From a virus (taxonomy: Duplodnaviria; Heunggongvirae; Uroviricota; Caudoviricetes): a DNA stretch of 32,816 nucleotides. This document shows positions 8,356 to 16,563 of the stretch, piece by piece (the stretch's first letter is position 1; the number at the start of each line of letters is the position of its first letter). Both the position numbers and the translations under genes were made by a program. A model generated the notes under the pieces. The model saw only the letters and a list, made by a program, of their open reading frames with translations, was not told the DNA's origin and ran no database searches. The stretch is taken from the IMG/VR virus record IMGVR_UViG_3300037484_000317. One strand, 5' to 3'.

Positions 8356-8502
8356 GTGCCGGGTTCACCTTGGGGTGTAAGCCTCAAGAGGCCGTCAGGG
8401 GCTACCCATTCCTGACCTACCTTCCTCTACGGAAGCGACCGCCCGGCACGTGTCGCAGTCCAAGGAACCATTTGTGCTTTTCGAGCGCGAAGGAAGGTAG
8501 TC
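8356..8502 (+). ncRNA. Structured RNA (omegaRNA/HEARO-like or cis-regulatory leader) upstream of the PLMP/RRXRR-like gene
   Basis: Stems 8356-8363/8442-8449, 8369-8376/8381-8388 (GTAA tetraloop), 8394-8400/8410-8416; long-range pairings 8417-8426/8491-8500 and 8435-8439/8452-8456; TATAGT at 8344-8349. Confidence 0.6.
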
Positions 8503-8504
8503 AC

Positions 8505-9674
8505 ATGTCCAAGACGATCAAAGTTCTCTCCGTCATTAACGGAGCGGAGGTAGAAGTTGCTACGTGCCATCCAGGTCAAGCCCGCATCCTACAGAAGCGG
8601 GGCCTGGCTAGCTGGAAGAGCGGGAAGCTCTATCTCATGGATTTGGCCGAGGCTGAGACTCCGGATGGGGAGAGTCCGAAAGATTCCGTAGTCCCGATGG
8701 GACCACTGGAGATCCAGGTAGCATCTGTCGTGGTGGGATCCACTCTTCAGGAGATTCTCGAAGACGCTGGTGTGGTGGACTACCTCGAATGGGCCGATCT
8801 GGTATCTACAGGAGGAGGGACTCCTAGAATGTCGAACGTAGAGGTAGATTCTACCGGGGCGCTCTTCCGAGAATTTGCACAGAGGATATCTCTGGGGCAC
8901 AAGACTCACTACTACGAGGACATACACGCACTCACGTTAGGATTCCTGGATTTAGATGCAGACGAGTATGTCTGCATGGCAATCTCTTGCTTGAGAAAGT
9001 CTTGGTCAAGTCAATCTGTGATCAACAAATTGGGGCTGGGATTGACCGCAGAACAAATCCAGGAGGCTCTTGGTACGAGAGAGGGTAGAGAGAAGCTCTT
9101 TGGACGGCAAGACAGCTTTTGGGGTAATGAGGAAGCCGAAACAGAAGAGGGACGGCCGATTCCGTATGGCCTTTGGGGAGAGGCCCCACAGACCCTGCTC
9201 GATACAAATCCTACTGTAGGCAGTTCGGTTAGGACTCTAAACCTCAGCCCTTCGAGCAACATTGATGAATTCCTAACAAAGCTCGACGCTGCCCACGATG
9301 GATTTCATTTCCCAACTTACCCTGGTTGGACTTCGTTCAAATGGCCAGGTTGTGAAGAGGTGCTCCCTGTCTTCGACGCCCCTGGGAGGGCCCATCCTCC
9401 GATTGGGCATGTGCGATTCAATGCCAAGGGTCACCCAGATAGAGGGTTTCGCTATGGTTTGTACCGCCGAGTAGGGTCCAAGCTCTATAGGGTGTGGAAC
9501 GAGGAACGCGAAGTTCATTGGGACGAGTCCATTTTGTCCGATGATGGGACCTATCGGCTCTCTCAGGAGTTTCACCACGACACCATGGTAAATGGTATGC
9601 CCCTCACATTTCGGAACGCAGTAGGGTGTGCGGAAGCTGCAATACGGGCCCAAGTAGACTCTCAAGGTGCGTAA
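8505..9674 (+). CDS. Protein with N-terminal PLMP/RRXRR-like domain and an unknown remainder
   Basis: IKVLSVINGAEVEVATCHPGQARILQKRGLASW resembles the IscB/IsrB N-terminus (VxVLxxxGxPLMPCHPARARxLLKxGKA); AGGAAGG RBS before ATG 8505; no RuvC or HNH motif seen. Confidence 0.65.
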   Translation: MSKTIKVLSVINGAEVEVATCHPGQARILQKRGLASWKSGKLYLMDLAEAETPDGESPKDSVVPMGPLEIQVASVVVGSTLQEILEDAGVVDYLEWADLVSTGGGTPRMSNVEVDSTGALFREFAQRISLGHKTHYYEDIHALTLGFLDLDADEYVCMAISCLRKSWSSQSVINKLGLGLTAEQIQEALGTREGREKLFGRQDSFWGNEEAETEEGRPIPYGLWGEAPQTLLDTNPTVGSSVRTLNLSPSSNIDEFLTKLDAAHDGFHFPTYPGWTSFKWPGCEEVLPVFDAPGRAHPPIGHVRFNAKGHPDRGFRYGLYRRVGSKLYRVWNEEREVHWDESILSDDGTYRLSQEFHHDTMVNGMPLTFRNAVGCAEAAIRAQVDSQGA

Positions 9675-9682
9675 CATGCTAG

Positions 9683-10378
9683 ATGACTCGAATTACCTTC
9701 ATCAGCGACACCCACGGCCAGCATGGCAAGCTCCGCCTACCTGCTGGTGACATCCTCGTACACAGCGGGGATTTCCTGAGCGGGCGGCTTCCGGACCAGG
9801 GCCTGAGGCTTCTCGAATTCAACGAGTGGCTGGATCTCCAGCCGTTCACCCACAAGATTGTCGTTGCGGGAAATCACGACCACCTTCTTGGCTTGTCAGA
9901 TCACGCAAGTGAATGGCGTCCTAGACTCACGAACTGCATCTACCTGGAAGATGAGGGCGTGGAGGTCGAGGGAATCAAGTTCTATGGTAGCCCGTGGACG
10001 CCCGATTTCTTTCCAGAGCACTGGGTCTTCAATCAGACCCGTGGTTCGGAGAAGACGATAGCGCGATGGGCGAAGATCCCCGATGACACTGAGGTGCTCA
10101 TCACGCACGGCCCACCGTACAAGGTTCTCGATCAGTGCGCAGATATCTACGCTCCGCACATTCCAGCGCATGTCGGGTGTTCCGATTTGAGGCGCAGAGT
10201 CCGTCACCTGAAGAACCTCAAGGTACATGCCTTTGGGCACATCCATGAGGGCGCAGGAACCATCGAAGAGGATGGCATCACGTTCATCAATGCCTCTTCA
10301 TTGGACGGCCGCTACAGTCTTCGGAAATCGCACTGCACTCAGTACGTTTTCAATTCGGATCCAACTCCAAAAGAGTAA
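9683..10378 (+). CDS. Calcineurin-like metallophosphoesterase
   Basis: SDTH, HSGD, AGNHD, ITHGPP and FGHIHE motifs. Confidence 0.92.
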   Translation: MTRITFISDTHGQHGKLRLPAGDILVHSGDFLSGRLPDQGLRLLEFNEWLDLQPFTHKIVVAGNHDHLLGLSDHASEWRPRLTNCIYLEDEGVEVEGIKFYGSPWTPDFFPEHWVFNQTRGSEKTIARWAKIPDDTEVLITHGPPYKVLDQCADIYAPHIPAHVGCSDLRRRVRHLKNLKVHAFGHIHEGAGTIEEDGITFINASSLDGRYSLRKSHCTQYVFNSDPTPKE

Positions 10379-10432
10379 TAGGGGACTGGGGCAACTACGT
10401 TCCCATTCCTACACGCGTCAAGCCGAGGCCTA

Positions 10433-12916
10433 ATGTCCAATCTAGCAACCAAGTTCGCTCTACGCAACTTCGCAGGCAAGCCCACCAAGTTCTTCCGAGT
10501 CGAGATGGAAGATCTTGAAGGTCAGGCTCAGGTCGCCAAGAAGTCGGCGTCCCATCACGCACTAATCATCGATCGTTCCGGGTCAATGTATAACGATCTT
10601 GGGGACCTCAAGACGATGGTCGAGAAGCTCCTGACTCTCGGGGAGTTTAACGATCCGTCTCTGAAGGTGTCTCTCATTAGCTACTCGTCCCAGGGGGACG
10701 TGAAGCTCCACTTCTCGCATGTCACGGTCGCTGACGTGATGAAGGCATCGAGTCCCTACCTTCAGGAGATTCGTTCTATTCGTGCAACGGCAATGACCTG
10801 CATCTCGCAAGGATTGGCGATGGCGGAGTCCATCATCGACGACAAGGAAGTGACGTGCGTCACTCTTCACAGCGATGGATTTGCCAATGACTCGTCACCC
10901 TCTGCGGAATCCAGGTCCATCCAGGCGGTGATCGAGAAGTTCAAGAAGCACCCGAACGTTTTCGTCAACACGATCGCCTATCGCGATTGGTGTGACTTCG
11001 GGCTGCTCTCGGGGATCTCAAATGCACTCAGTGGCGTGTGCATCCAGGCCAAGAGCATCAAGCAGGTCTATGAGGCCCTGCACAGCGCGACTGCCCTACT
11101 TGCTGGGTCGATGGCTCCGGCAGTAGAGGTTGGCATTGGGCAAGCTCAGTACCTTACGTTCGTTTCCCGCAAGGCAGGCAAGGTGCTGGGTTCCTCGGAC
11201 AACCTCACGGTCCGTGGTCTCGCGGCGACGGATGACCGTATCGCCTATCGGTACTACGAGGTTGATGAGGCTGCGTACAACAAGCTCTCAGCTCCAGATA
11301 CCATCAACTCTGCGTTCTTCGCAATCCCTGCCTACTGCCGGGCACAGATCAGCGAAGGACGTCTCAATCAGGCGAAGTATGCACTCGTCGCGATGAAGAA
11401 TGATGCACTTCTGAACACGCACTATCGTGCGCTCGTTTCTTCTGACGTGGCTGCTTTTGCGGCGGCTGTCGAGGGTGTCATCGCGAATGGGCTCAGCCTG
11501 GACACCAACTACGGCCTCTCCGTGAAGGGACCATCGGTTCTGCAAGTCCTTTCGGTGCTCGACAAGCACGCGGGTTCGCTCTCGGTCAACCTCAAGGTTC
11601 TCATCGCTGGTTACAAGCGTCGCGGACTCAAGAAGGTGGCTGGAACTCGCCTGGATGATGGAACGCTTCAGGCACCGACAATTGAGTCCCGCAATCGTGA
11701 GAAGGATGCGGAGTGGGTATCGGTCAACAAGTTCGAGATCAACCGCAACACGGCGACGATCAACATGCTCGTCTCCCAGCCCATCGATCTCTTCCCACAG
11801 GGCGGGGGCACTCGAATCGCAAGCGTCAAGGGAGTTAACCTGGACTCGCTTCGCTCGTTCAACAACTACACCCTCGTGGGTGACGGTCAGCTCAATGTGT
11901 CTGCTCTCATGTTCAGGACCACTGACAAGCGGTGCTTTAGTGGTCTGAAGGACATTGGGGCGGTCACCGGAGCCTATGAGCCGAATGCCGCTTTTGCCGT
12001 GGACTTCTCGTCTCTGCCTCTCGTGGACTTCGAGCAGAAGTTCGATTCTGTGGCGCCCACCGAGATCAAGGATCTGGCGCGTCTCACGGTTCTCTCGAAG
12101 ATCCTCACTGGCATGTCGAAGGGGGGCTCGGTGTCTCTCACGTCGGAGCAGATTGTGGAACTCAAGACCCACTATCTGTCGCCAGCACTCAACTTCTCGC
12201 CGCCCACGACGAACGAGTACACGGTGCTGGAGGATGCCATCTCCCAGGGGAAGGTCGATACCCGTCTGTCCTACAAGATTGACGTGGGTATCCCGGCGCT
12301 CACCTCTGTTACGAAGCTCAAGTCTGGTAACGAATATCTCCAGAGGCGTTTCACTCTGACCTTCCTGGACAAGGCCGTGGACAAACCTACTTTGGATCAG
12401 ATCACTCTGCCCAAGGCTAAGTGGGAGATCAAGAAGCTCACGGCTCGAACACAGCTGGATGAGGTCGACAATCTCTCCTATCCGATCTACGAAGGTTTCC
12501 TCGGTCTGGGTTCCACGATTGATATCCCCGTTGCAACCACTTCCACGGATGAGGTCTACCGCATCCTGAAGCTCGCCGGGTGCATCGACCCAGCAGTGTT
12601 CTTCAAGACGATGCGCTCCGGAGACCAGGAAAAGGCTCTTGTGGCCGTATCCGATGCCCTGGAGTACATCGACCGAACAATCGAGTCGTTCTATGACCGT
12701 GTTCGACCACTCGCCTTCTACGTGGGTGCAACCGGACTGGTGCCGGATTCGCTCGATGCAAAGGCCCTCAACGCGGAGCAGCTGTCTACGCAGTTCCCGG
12801 ACGCCAAGCTCTCCAAGGCTGAGAAAGACGATGGGACCTTCTTTGTCCTACCAAATGGGCTGGTGCTGACAATCTACGTGAAGGGTGAATACTTCACTAC
12901 TGGGCAAGCTGCGTGA
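10433..12916 (+). CDS. Large von Willebrand factor A domain protein
   Basis: MIDAS motif IIDRSGSM, then T (AMTCISQGL) and HSDG; about 600 aa unknown C-terminal region. Confidence 0.85.
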   Translation: MSNLATKFALRNFAGKPTKFFRVEMEDLEGQAQVAKKSASHHALIIDRSGSMYNDLGDLKTMVEKLLTLGEFNDPSLKVSLISYSSQGDVKLHFSHVTVADVMKASSPYLQEIRSIRATAMTCISQGLAMAESIIDDKEVTCVTLHSDGFANDSSPSAESRSIQAVIEKFKKHPNVFVNTIAYRDWCDFGLLSGISNALSGVCIQAKSIKQVYEALHSATALLAGSMAPAVEVGIGQAQYLTFVSRKAGKVLGSSDNLTVRGLAATDDRIAYRYYEVDEAAYNKLSAPDTINSAFFAIPAYCRAQISEGRLNQAKYALVAMKNDALLNTHYRALVSSDVAAFAAAVEGVIANGLSLDTNYGLSVKGPSVLQVLSVLDKHAGSLSVNLKVLIAGYKRRGLKKVAGTRLDDGTLQAPTIESRNREKDAEWVSVNKFEINRNTATINMLVSQPIDLFPQGGGTRIASVKGVNLDSLRSFNNYTLVGDGQLNVSALMFRTTDKRCFSGLKDIGAVTGAYEPNAAFAVDFSSLPLVDFEQKFDSVAPTEIKDLARLTVLSKILTGMSKGGSVSLTSEQIVELKTHYLSPALNFSPPTTNEYTVLEDAISQGKVDTRLSYKIDVGIPALTSVTKLKSGNEYLQRRFTLTFLDKAVDKPTLDQITLPKAKWEIKKLTARTQLDEVDNLSYPIYEGFLGLGSTIDIPVATTSTDEVYRILKLAGCIDPAVFFKTMRSGDQEKALVAVSDALEYIDRTIESFYDRVRPLAFYVGATGLVPDSLDAKALNAEQLSTQFPDAKLSKAEKDDGTFFVLPNGLVLTIYVKGEYFTTGQAA

Positions 12917-13365
12917 AAGTCAAAATCGATCACGATCGAGATGGTTGGCACTACTCTGCTAGCAACGATCTCAAGAGCAGTCCTTTTGCGACATACCCGG
13001 AGGCCGTGCGTGCTGCCCTCGCGGGGGGTCACGAGATCGACAACGCTGGGTGGCGTCATCGCATGCTGAGTTGGAACTGGCACAGTCATGCGATCGAAGG
13101 GTATCCAGGCTGGGAGATCGAGATCGAAGAGAGTCCGGCTTTCGTGAAACTCACCCACAAGCGTGGTGTGGACGCAATCGAATCACACGAGATCTCCACA
13201 GCGTGGGACGACACAGCCGCAGTCGACTTCTACCAACGTGACTGGACCAACGATGGTATCCCATTCGTGAGAGAGGGAGAGATCTACTGGTCTGGCTGGT
13301 GGTTCGCGACGATCGCCGAGCGGGATCGTTTTCTGGAGTGGCATCACGCGATGGACGCCAGATAA
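12913..13365 (+). CDS. Hypothetical protein (Trp-rich)
   Basis: GTGA overlap with the vWA gene stop. Confidence 0.7.
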   Translation: MKVKIDHDRDGWHYSASNDLKSSPFATYPEAVRAALAGGHEIDNAGWRHRMLSWNWHSHAIEGYPGWEIEIEESPAFVKLTHKRGVDAIESHEISTAWDDTAAVDFYQRDWTNDGIPFVREGEIYWSGWWFATIAERDRFLEWHHAMDAR

Positions 13366-13367
13366 AC

Positions 13368-14393
13368 ATGCCCACTTCTATGGTCGTCTACGCACGAGTT
13401 GCGTCCCGATATGGCGTAGACCCGAATGACGACCATGCTGTGGACAAGTTCTTCGAGAGGGATCTGCCCCAACTCAGTGCCAAGATGCAGCAAGCCGTCT
13501 TCGAAGAGCTGCTGGCAGCGGATGTGCAATTCTTAGCCAGCGAAAGAGACCTCTCTATGTCCGTGATCGAACCCTGGCTGACAAACTTCATGGTAGGTGA
13601 TGCTTACGGTGCCGGATTCGAGTTTGCCCCACGAGAGCAAATCGAGCGGTTCAACGATGGGATCACCTATCGCAAGCATGGCCTTGATCCCCACCACAAG
13701 CCAGGCGGGACCACAGACGACACCCAGATGACCTTTGCGGTCAAGCACATCGTGGACATCGGATTGGGAACCCGTGCAGTGTCCTTCGCAAACGAGTTCT
13801 GCGAGGTCTACAAGAACCATCCAGCACCCGCCTACGGAAGTCGAATGCAGGAACTTCTTCCGGAAGCTGCCAAGCGACCAGAGCCTGGAAAGTTCCTCAT
13901 GGAGTCCTGCCGAAGTCTCGGTAAGGATAAGTGCGGAGCAGCCATGCGGGCGATCCCTTGTGGCAGTAACCAAGGGGACTTCTACGGGGTCGTTCTCTCC
14001 GCAATCACCCAAGCCCGAGTCACCCACCATCATCCGGACTCTATCGACGCAGCGGTCCTCATTGCTCTTGCTGCCTTCCAACCAGACCCAGACGGGTGGA
14101 GGGCAGCCGCACACTATGTAGGCTGGCCGAGCCCAGAAATTTGGAATCGGGAGACCTGGGACCGGTCCACGACCCGGGGGAAGGACATCGCCCAAGCCGT
14201 CCTGGGGCTCTTGTGGCGGCTCGACACCCTCCACGAGCTTCTGGTAGGGGCTGTGGCTCTTGGAGGGGATGTAGACACCGTGGCGGCGCTCTGCCTGGGG
14301 TTGGGGACGCTCGCTGGCCGCAAGGATGACCTTTCGCCTCGATTGCGTGAAGGGCTCATCGTGCCACAAGAGATTTTGAACCGGACATTTTGA
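13368..14393 (+). CDS. ADP-ribosylglycohydrolase (DraG/ARH family) with a ~60-aa N-terminal extension
   Basis: GDAYG, TTDDTQMT, GAAMRAIP, VTHHHP, GGDVDTVAA motifs; an alternative start at 13557 is possible. Confidence 0.88.
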   Translation: MPTSMVVYARVASRYGVDPNDDHAVDKFFERDLPQLSAKMQQAVFEELLAADVQFLASERDLSMSVIEPWLTNFMVGDAYGAGFEFAPREQIERFNDGITYRKHGLDPHHKPGGTTDDTQMTFAVKHIVDIGLGTRAVSFANEFCEVYKNHPAPAYGSRMQELLPEAAKRPEPGKFLMESCRSLGKDKCGAAMRAIPCGSNQGDFYGVVLSAITQARVTHHHPDSIDAAVLIALAAFQPDPDGWRAAAHYVGWPSPEIWNRETWDRSTTRGKDIAQAVLGLLWRLDTLHELLVGAVALGGDVDTVAALCLGLGTLAGRKDDLSPRLREGLIVPQEILNRTF

Positions 14394-14402
14394 GCTGAAT
14401 GG

Positions 14403-14429
14403 TGTAAGTCTCCCGCCCTCACCCGTTCC
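14403..14429 (+). promoter_or_regulatory. ECF-sigma-type promoter GTAA-N16-CGTTCC
   Basis: GTAA 14404-14407, CGTT 14424-14427, GTGAGG, ATG 14448. Confidence 0.7.
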
Positions 14430-14447
14430 ATTGGTGAGGGACGACCC

Positions 14448-14675
14448 ATGAAAATCGGAGACAAGTTCAAGATTCGCCAGCTCTCCCCTCATAAGTGGGG
14501 GGATGCGTCCAAGACCCTCTCCGGTCGACTGGGCACCGCCCTCTGCTTTCTCGATACTTATGGGAAACCGGCAGAGGTGTATGTCACATTCGACCAGAAT
14601 TCTGGTGTCTCCGCTGGTCCCACGGGCCTCTGGTTCAGCACGGACGAAGTGGACCTCTGCGGGAACTCCCGGTAA
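14448..14675 (+). CDS. Hypothetical protein (small, SH3/KOW-like start MKIGDKFKI)
   Basis: RBS and promoter motif upstream. Confidence 0.7.
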   Translation: MKIGDKFKIRQLSPHKWGDASKTLSGRLGTALCFLDTYGKPAEVYVTFDQNSGVSAGPTGLWFSTDEVDLCGNSR

Positions 14676-14678
14676 CCC

Positions 14679-15170
14679 GTGTCGAACTGGGTCAAGGCAA
14701 TGGAGGAAGCCCAGAAGCTTCCCTTAGGTCACGTCGGTCGTCGTGAGGCGAAAGACATGGCGGATGGGGAGTACGCCCGTTGCTTCCAACAGGAGGCTCT
14801 TTTCCTCAAAAAGTGGAAGGGTCCCAACAAGCGGCTCTCGCTACAGGAAGCGGCGAACCTAGCGGGCTGGTTGTGCGGCGGGGTTGGTTCTCGCCCAATC
14901 AAAGAGGTGCGAGTCCCCTCGGAAATGTCTCGCTTCATGGGGGCGTACTACCTGAATCGAACGATTTTCGTTCGCCCCTACGGTCTTTCCATGATCTTGA
15001 TCGTGCACGAGACCACTCACCACATCTGCGCCATGGAGGGGATCCACAAGGGTGGGTCTCATGGTGAGGGATTTCTGATGGTCGAACAGATGTTGTTCGA
15101 CTGGCTCAACGAGAATCGTCTGGCCGTGGGGTCACTTCATGTAAATCCCCTCTCCCCCTCCGTTACCTAA
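14679..15170 (+). CDS. Putative zincin-like metallopeptidase (HExxH)
   Basis: IVHETTHH followed by HGEGF. Confidence 0.65.
   Translation: MSNWVKAMEEAQKLPLGHVGRREAKDMADGEYARCFQQEALFLKKWKGPNKRLSLQEAANLAGWLCGGVGSRPIKEVRVPSEMSRFMGAYYLNRTIFVRPYGLSMILIVHETTHHICAMEGIHKGGSHGEGFLMVEQMLFDWLNENRLAVGSLHVNPLSPSVT
15140..15166 (+). promoter_or_regulatory. ECF-sigma-type promoter GTAA-N16-CGTTAC
   Basis: GTAA 15141-15144, CGTTAC 15161-15166, GTGAGG, ATG 15183. Confidence 0.7.
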
Positions 15171-15182
15171 GTGAGGATGGCT

Positions 15183-15392
15183 ATGACGAACAACGGCCAG
15201 GGCAACGTGCGAAACTACAACATCAAGAGCAGGGTGAGCGGCGCCGACTTCGGAAACTTCACGGGGGCAGATCGCTCCGACGTGATCGCGGAGTTCTACG
15301 AGTGCACCGAAGGCATGTTCGATATCATCGACGTACCTGATGCATCGGACCTCATCGTCACAGATCTAGACACATGCGAGGCAACGCTGTGA
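15183..15392 (+). CDS. Hypothetical protein
   Basis: GAGGA RBS, promoter motif upstream. Confidence 0.65.
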   Translation: MTNNGQGNVRNYNIKSRVSGADFGNFTGADRSDVIAEFYECTEGMFDIIDVPDASDLIVTDLDTCEATL

Positions 15393-15811
15393 CCAACAGA
15401 ATGGAACGAACCAATCCGCATCAGTTCGAGGTCACCATCCTTGGTGTCCGACGCCCCTCCCTTGGGGAGGTGTTCGAGATTGAGATTCCCCCTCGCCGGC
15501 AGCGTATCGAAGTCGAATGCGTCGATCGCCTGGAGGGCGTAGGGGAGCGGATGGTTCTCGTGGAGCGCACGGATGATGGCCCTGTTCCGCAGGGGGAGGT
15601 TCAGAGCCGCGTCATCTCCGACGTGAACTCTCCGCCGGATCTCACGAGCGGGCATGCCCACCATGATCACCTGGTGGCCAAGGGTCTGGAACAGGATCTT
15701 CAGGACACCATGGATGGTCTGGGGGACGACTGGCATGACATCCTGAACAACCTGGACAATCCTGACGAAGGACCCTTCGAGGGCGAGGAGTCTTTCGATG
15801 ACGACTGGTAA
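15389..15811 (+). CDS. Hypothetical protein with acidic C-terminus
   Basis: GTGA overlap. Confidence 0.65.
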   Translation: MTNRMERTNPHQFEVTILGVRRPSLGEVFEIEIPPRRQRIEVECVDRLEGVGERMVLVERTDDGPVPQGEVQSRVISDVNSPPDLTSGHAHHDHLVAKGLEQDLQDTMDGLGDDWHDILNNLDNPDEGPFEGEESFDDDW

Positions 15812-16103
15812 CCCAGAGGTGTTCAACTTCGATGGGTACAAGCTTCCGGATGGTAGCTTCCTGAAGTACTCCAGCTACGGCTGCTACACCCTCTTCTATG
15901 TGACCAAGGACGGTGGGGTCCTGTGCGCCAAGTGCGCAACGTCAGACGGTCAGACGACCGATCCCTGTGACCCTCAGTGGTTCCTGGTAGGGGCGGACGT
16001 GCATTGGGAGGGAGACCCCCGCACCTGTGCCCACTGCGAAGGGGAGATCGAGCCCTCGTACCCTAACGACGAACCAAAGGCGGTGGATAGTGGCGAAGCG
16101 TAA
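15798..16103 (+). CDS. Hypothetical protein with two CxxC motifs
   Basis: CAKC and CAHC; GAGGAG RBS. Confidence 0.7.
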   Translation: MTTGNPEVFNFDGYKLPDGSFLKYSSYGCYTLFYVTKDGGVLCAKCATSDGQTTDPCDPQWFLVGADVHWEGDPRTCAHCEGEIEPSYPNDEPKAVDSGEA

Positions 16104-16563
16104 GCGTAAGGCAGATCGGTGTCCAGAGTGTGATGACCTGGGACGCATCCCGATGTGCCCCGAATGCCGTCTGAGTCCGCGTGAAGCACTCTGGGTCGAG
16201 CAGGGTGGAATCCCAGCGGACATCGCGGCACAGTTCCGAACGGCAGCACTCGAATTTGAAGCAGCAAATCCCCCACGTCGTGGAGGATTGAGCCCCTTGA
16301 AGTCAAGTATCATTAAGGCTATTCGCGAGATAGGCGAGACGGAGCCCTGTGTGCGAGTCCTCAGTCTCGATGCGAACCTCAATCTGATCGTTGGGTGGAT
16401 TGAGACGCGCTGGTCAGCTAACGAAGTGGAGTACGAGTTTCTTGCGGCTCAAAGTAGGAAGAATGCCCGCAAGAACGTGGACTTCGATACAGAAGCACGG
16501 TCGACCCGATGGCTTGGCTTGCGCTCCTTCTGCGAGAAAGTGGTAAAGGCAGCTGCACTATGA
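16090..16563 (+). CDS. Hypothetical protein with N-terminal CPEC...CPEC zinc ribbon
   Basis: GTG start after GGTGG; stop overlaps the next ATG. Confidence 0.65.
   Translation: MAKRKRKADRCPECDDLGRIPMCPECRLSPREALWVEQGGIPADIAAQFRTAALEFEAANPPRRGGLSPLKSSIIKAIREIGETEPCVRVLSLDANLNLIVGWIETRWSANEVEYEFLAAQSRKNARKNVDFDTEARSTRWLGLRSFCEKVVKAAAL

Noticed and set aside
8370-8504. N-terminal extension of ORF 8370..9674 in the track
   Set aside because: Strong RBS precedes ATG 8505, the PLMP-like domain begins there, and the upstream region folds as RNA
10375-10403. GTAA...CGT at 10375 and 18956 as further promoter copies
   Set aside because: Spacing is 19 nt rather than 16 and the downstream GAG context is missing or different
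12521-12529. GATATCCCC match to the start of the predicted TnpB guide
   Set aside because: Only 8-9 nt of identity; expected by chance in 33 kb
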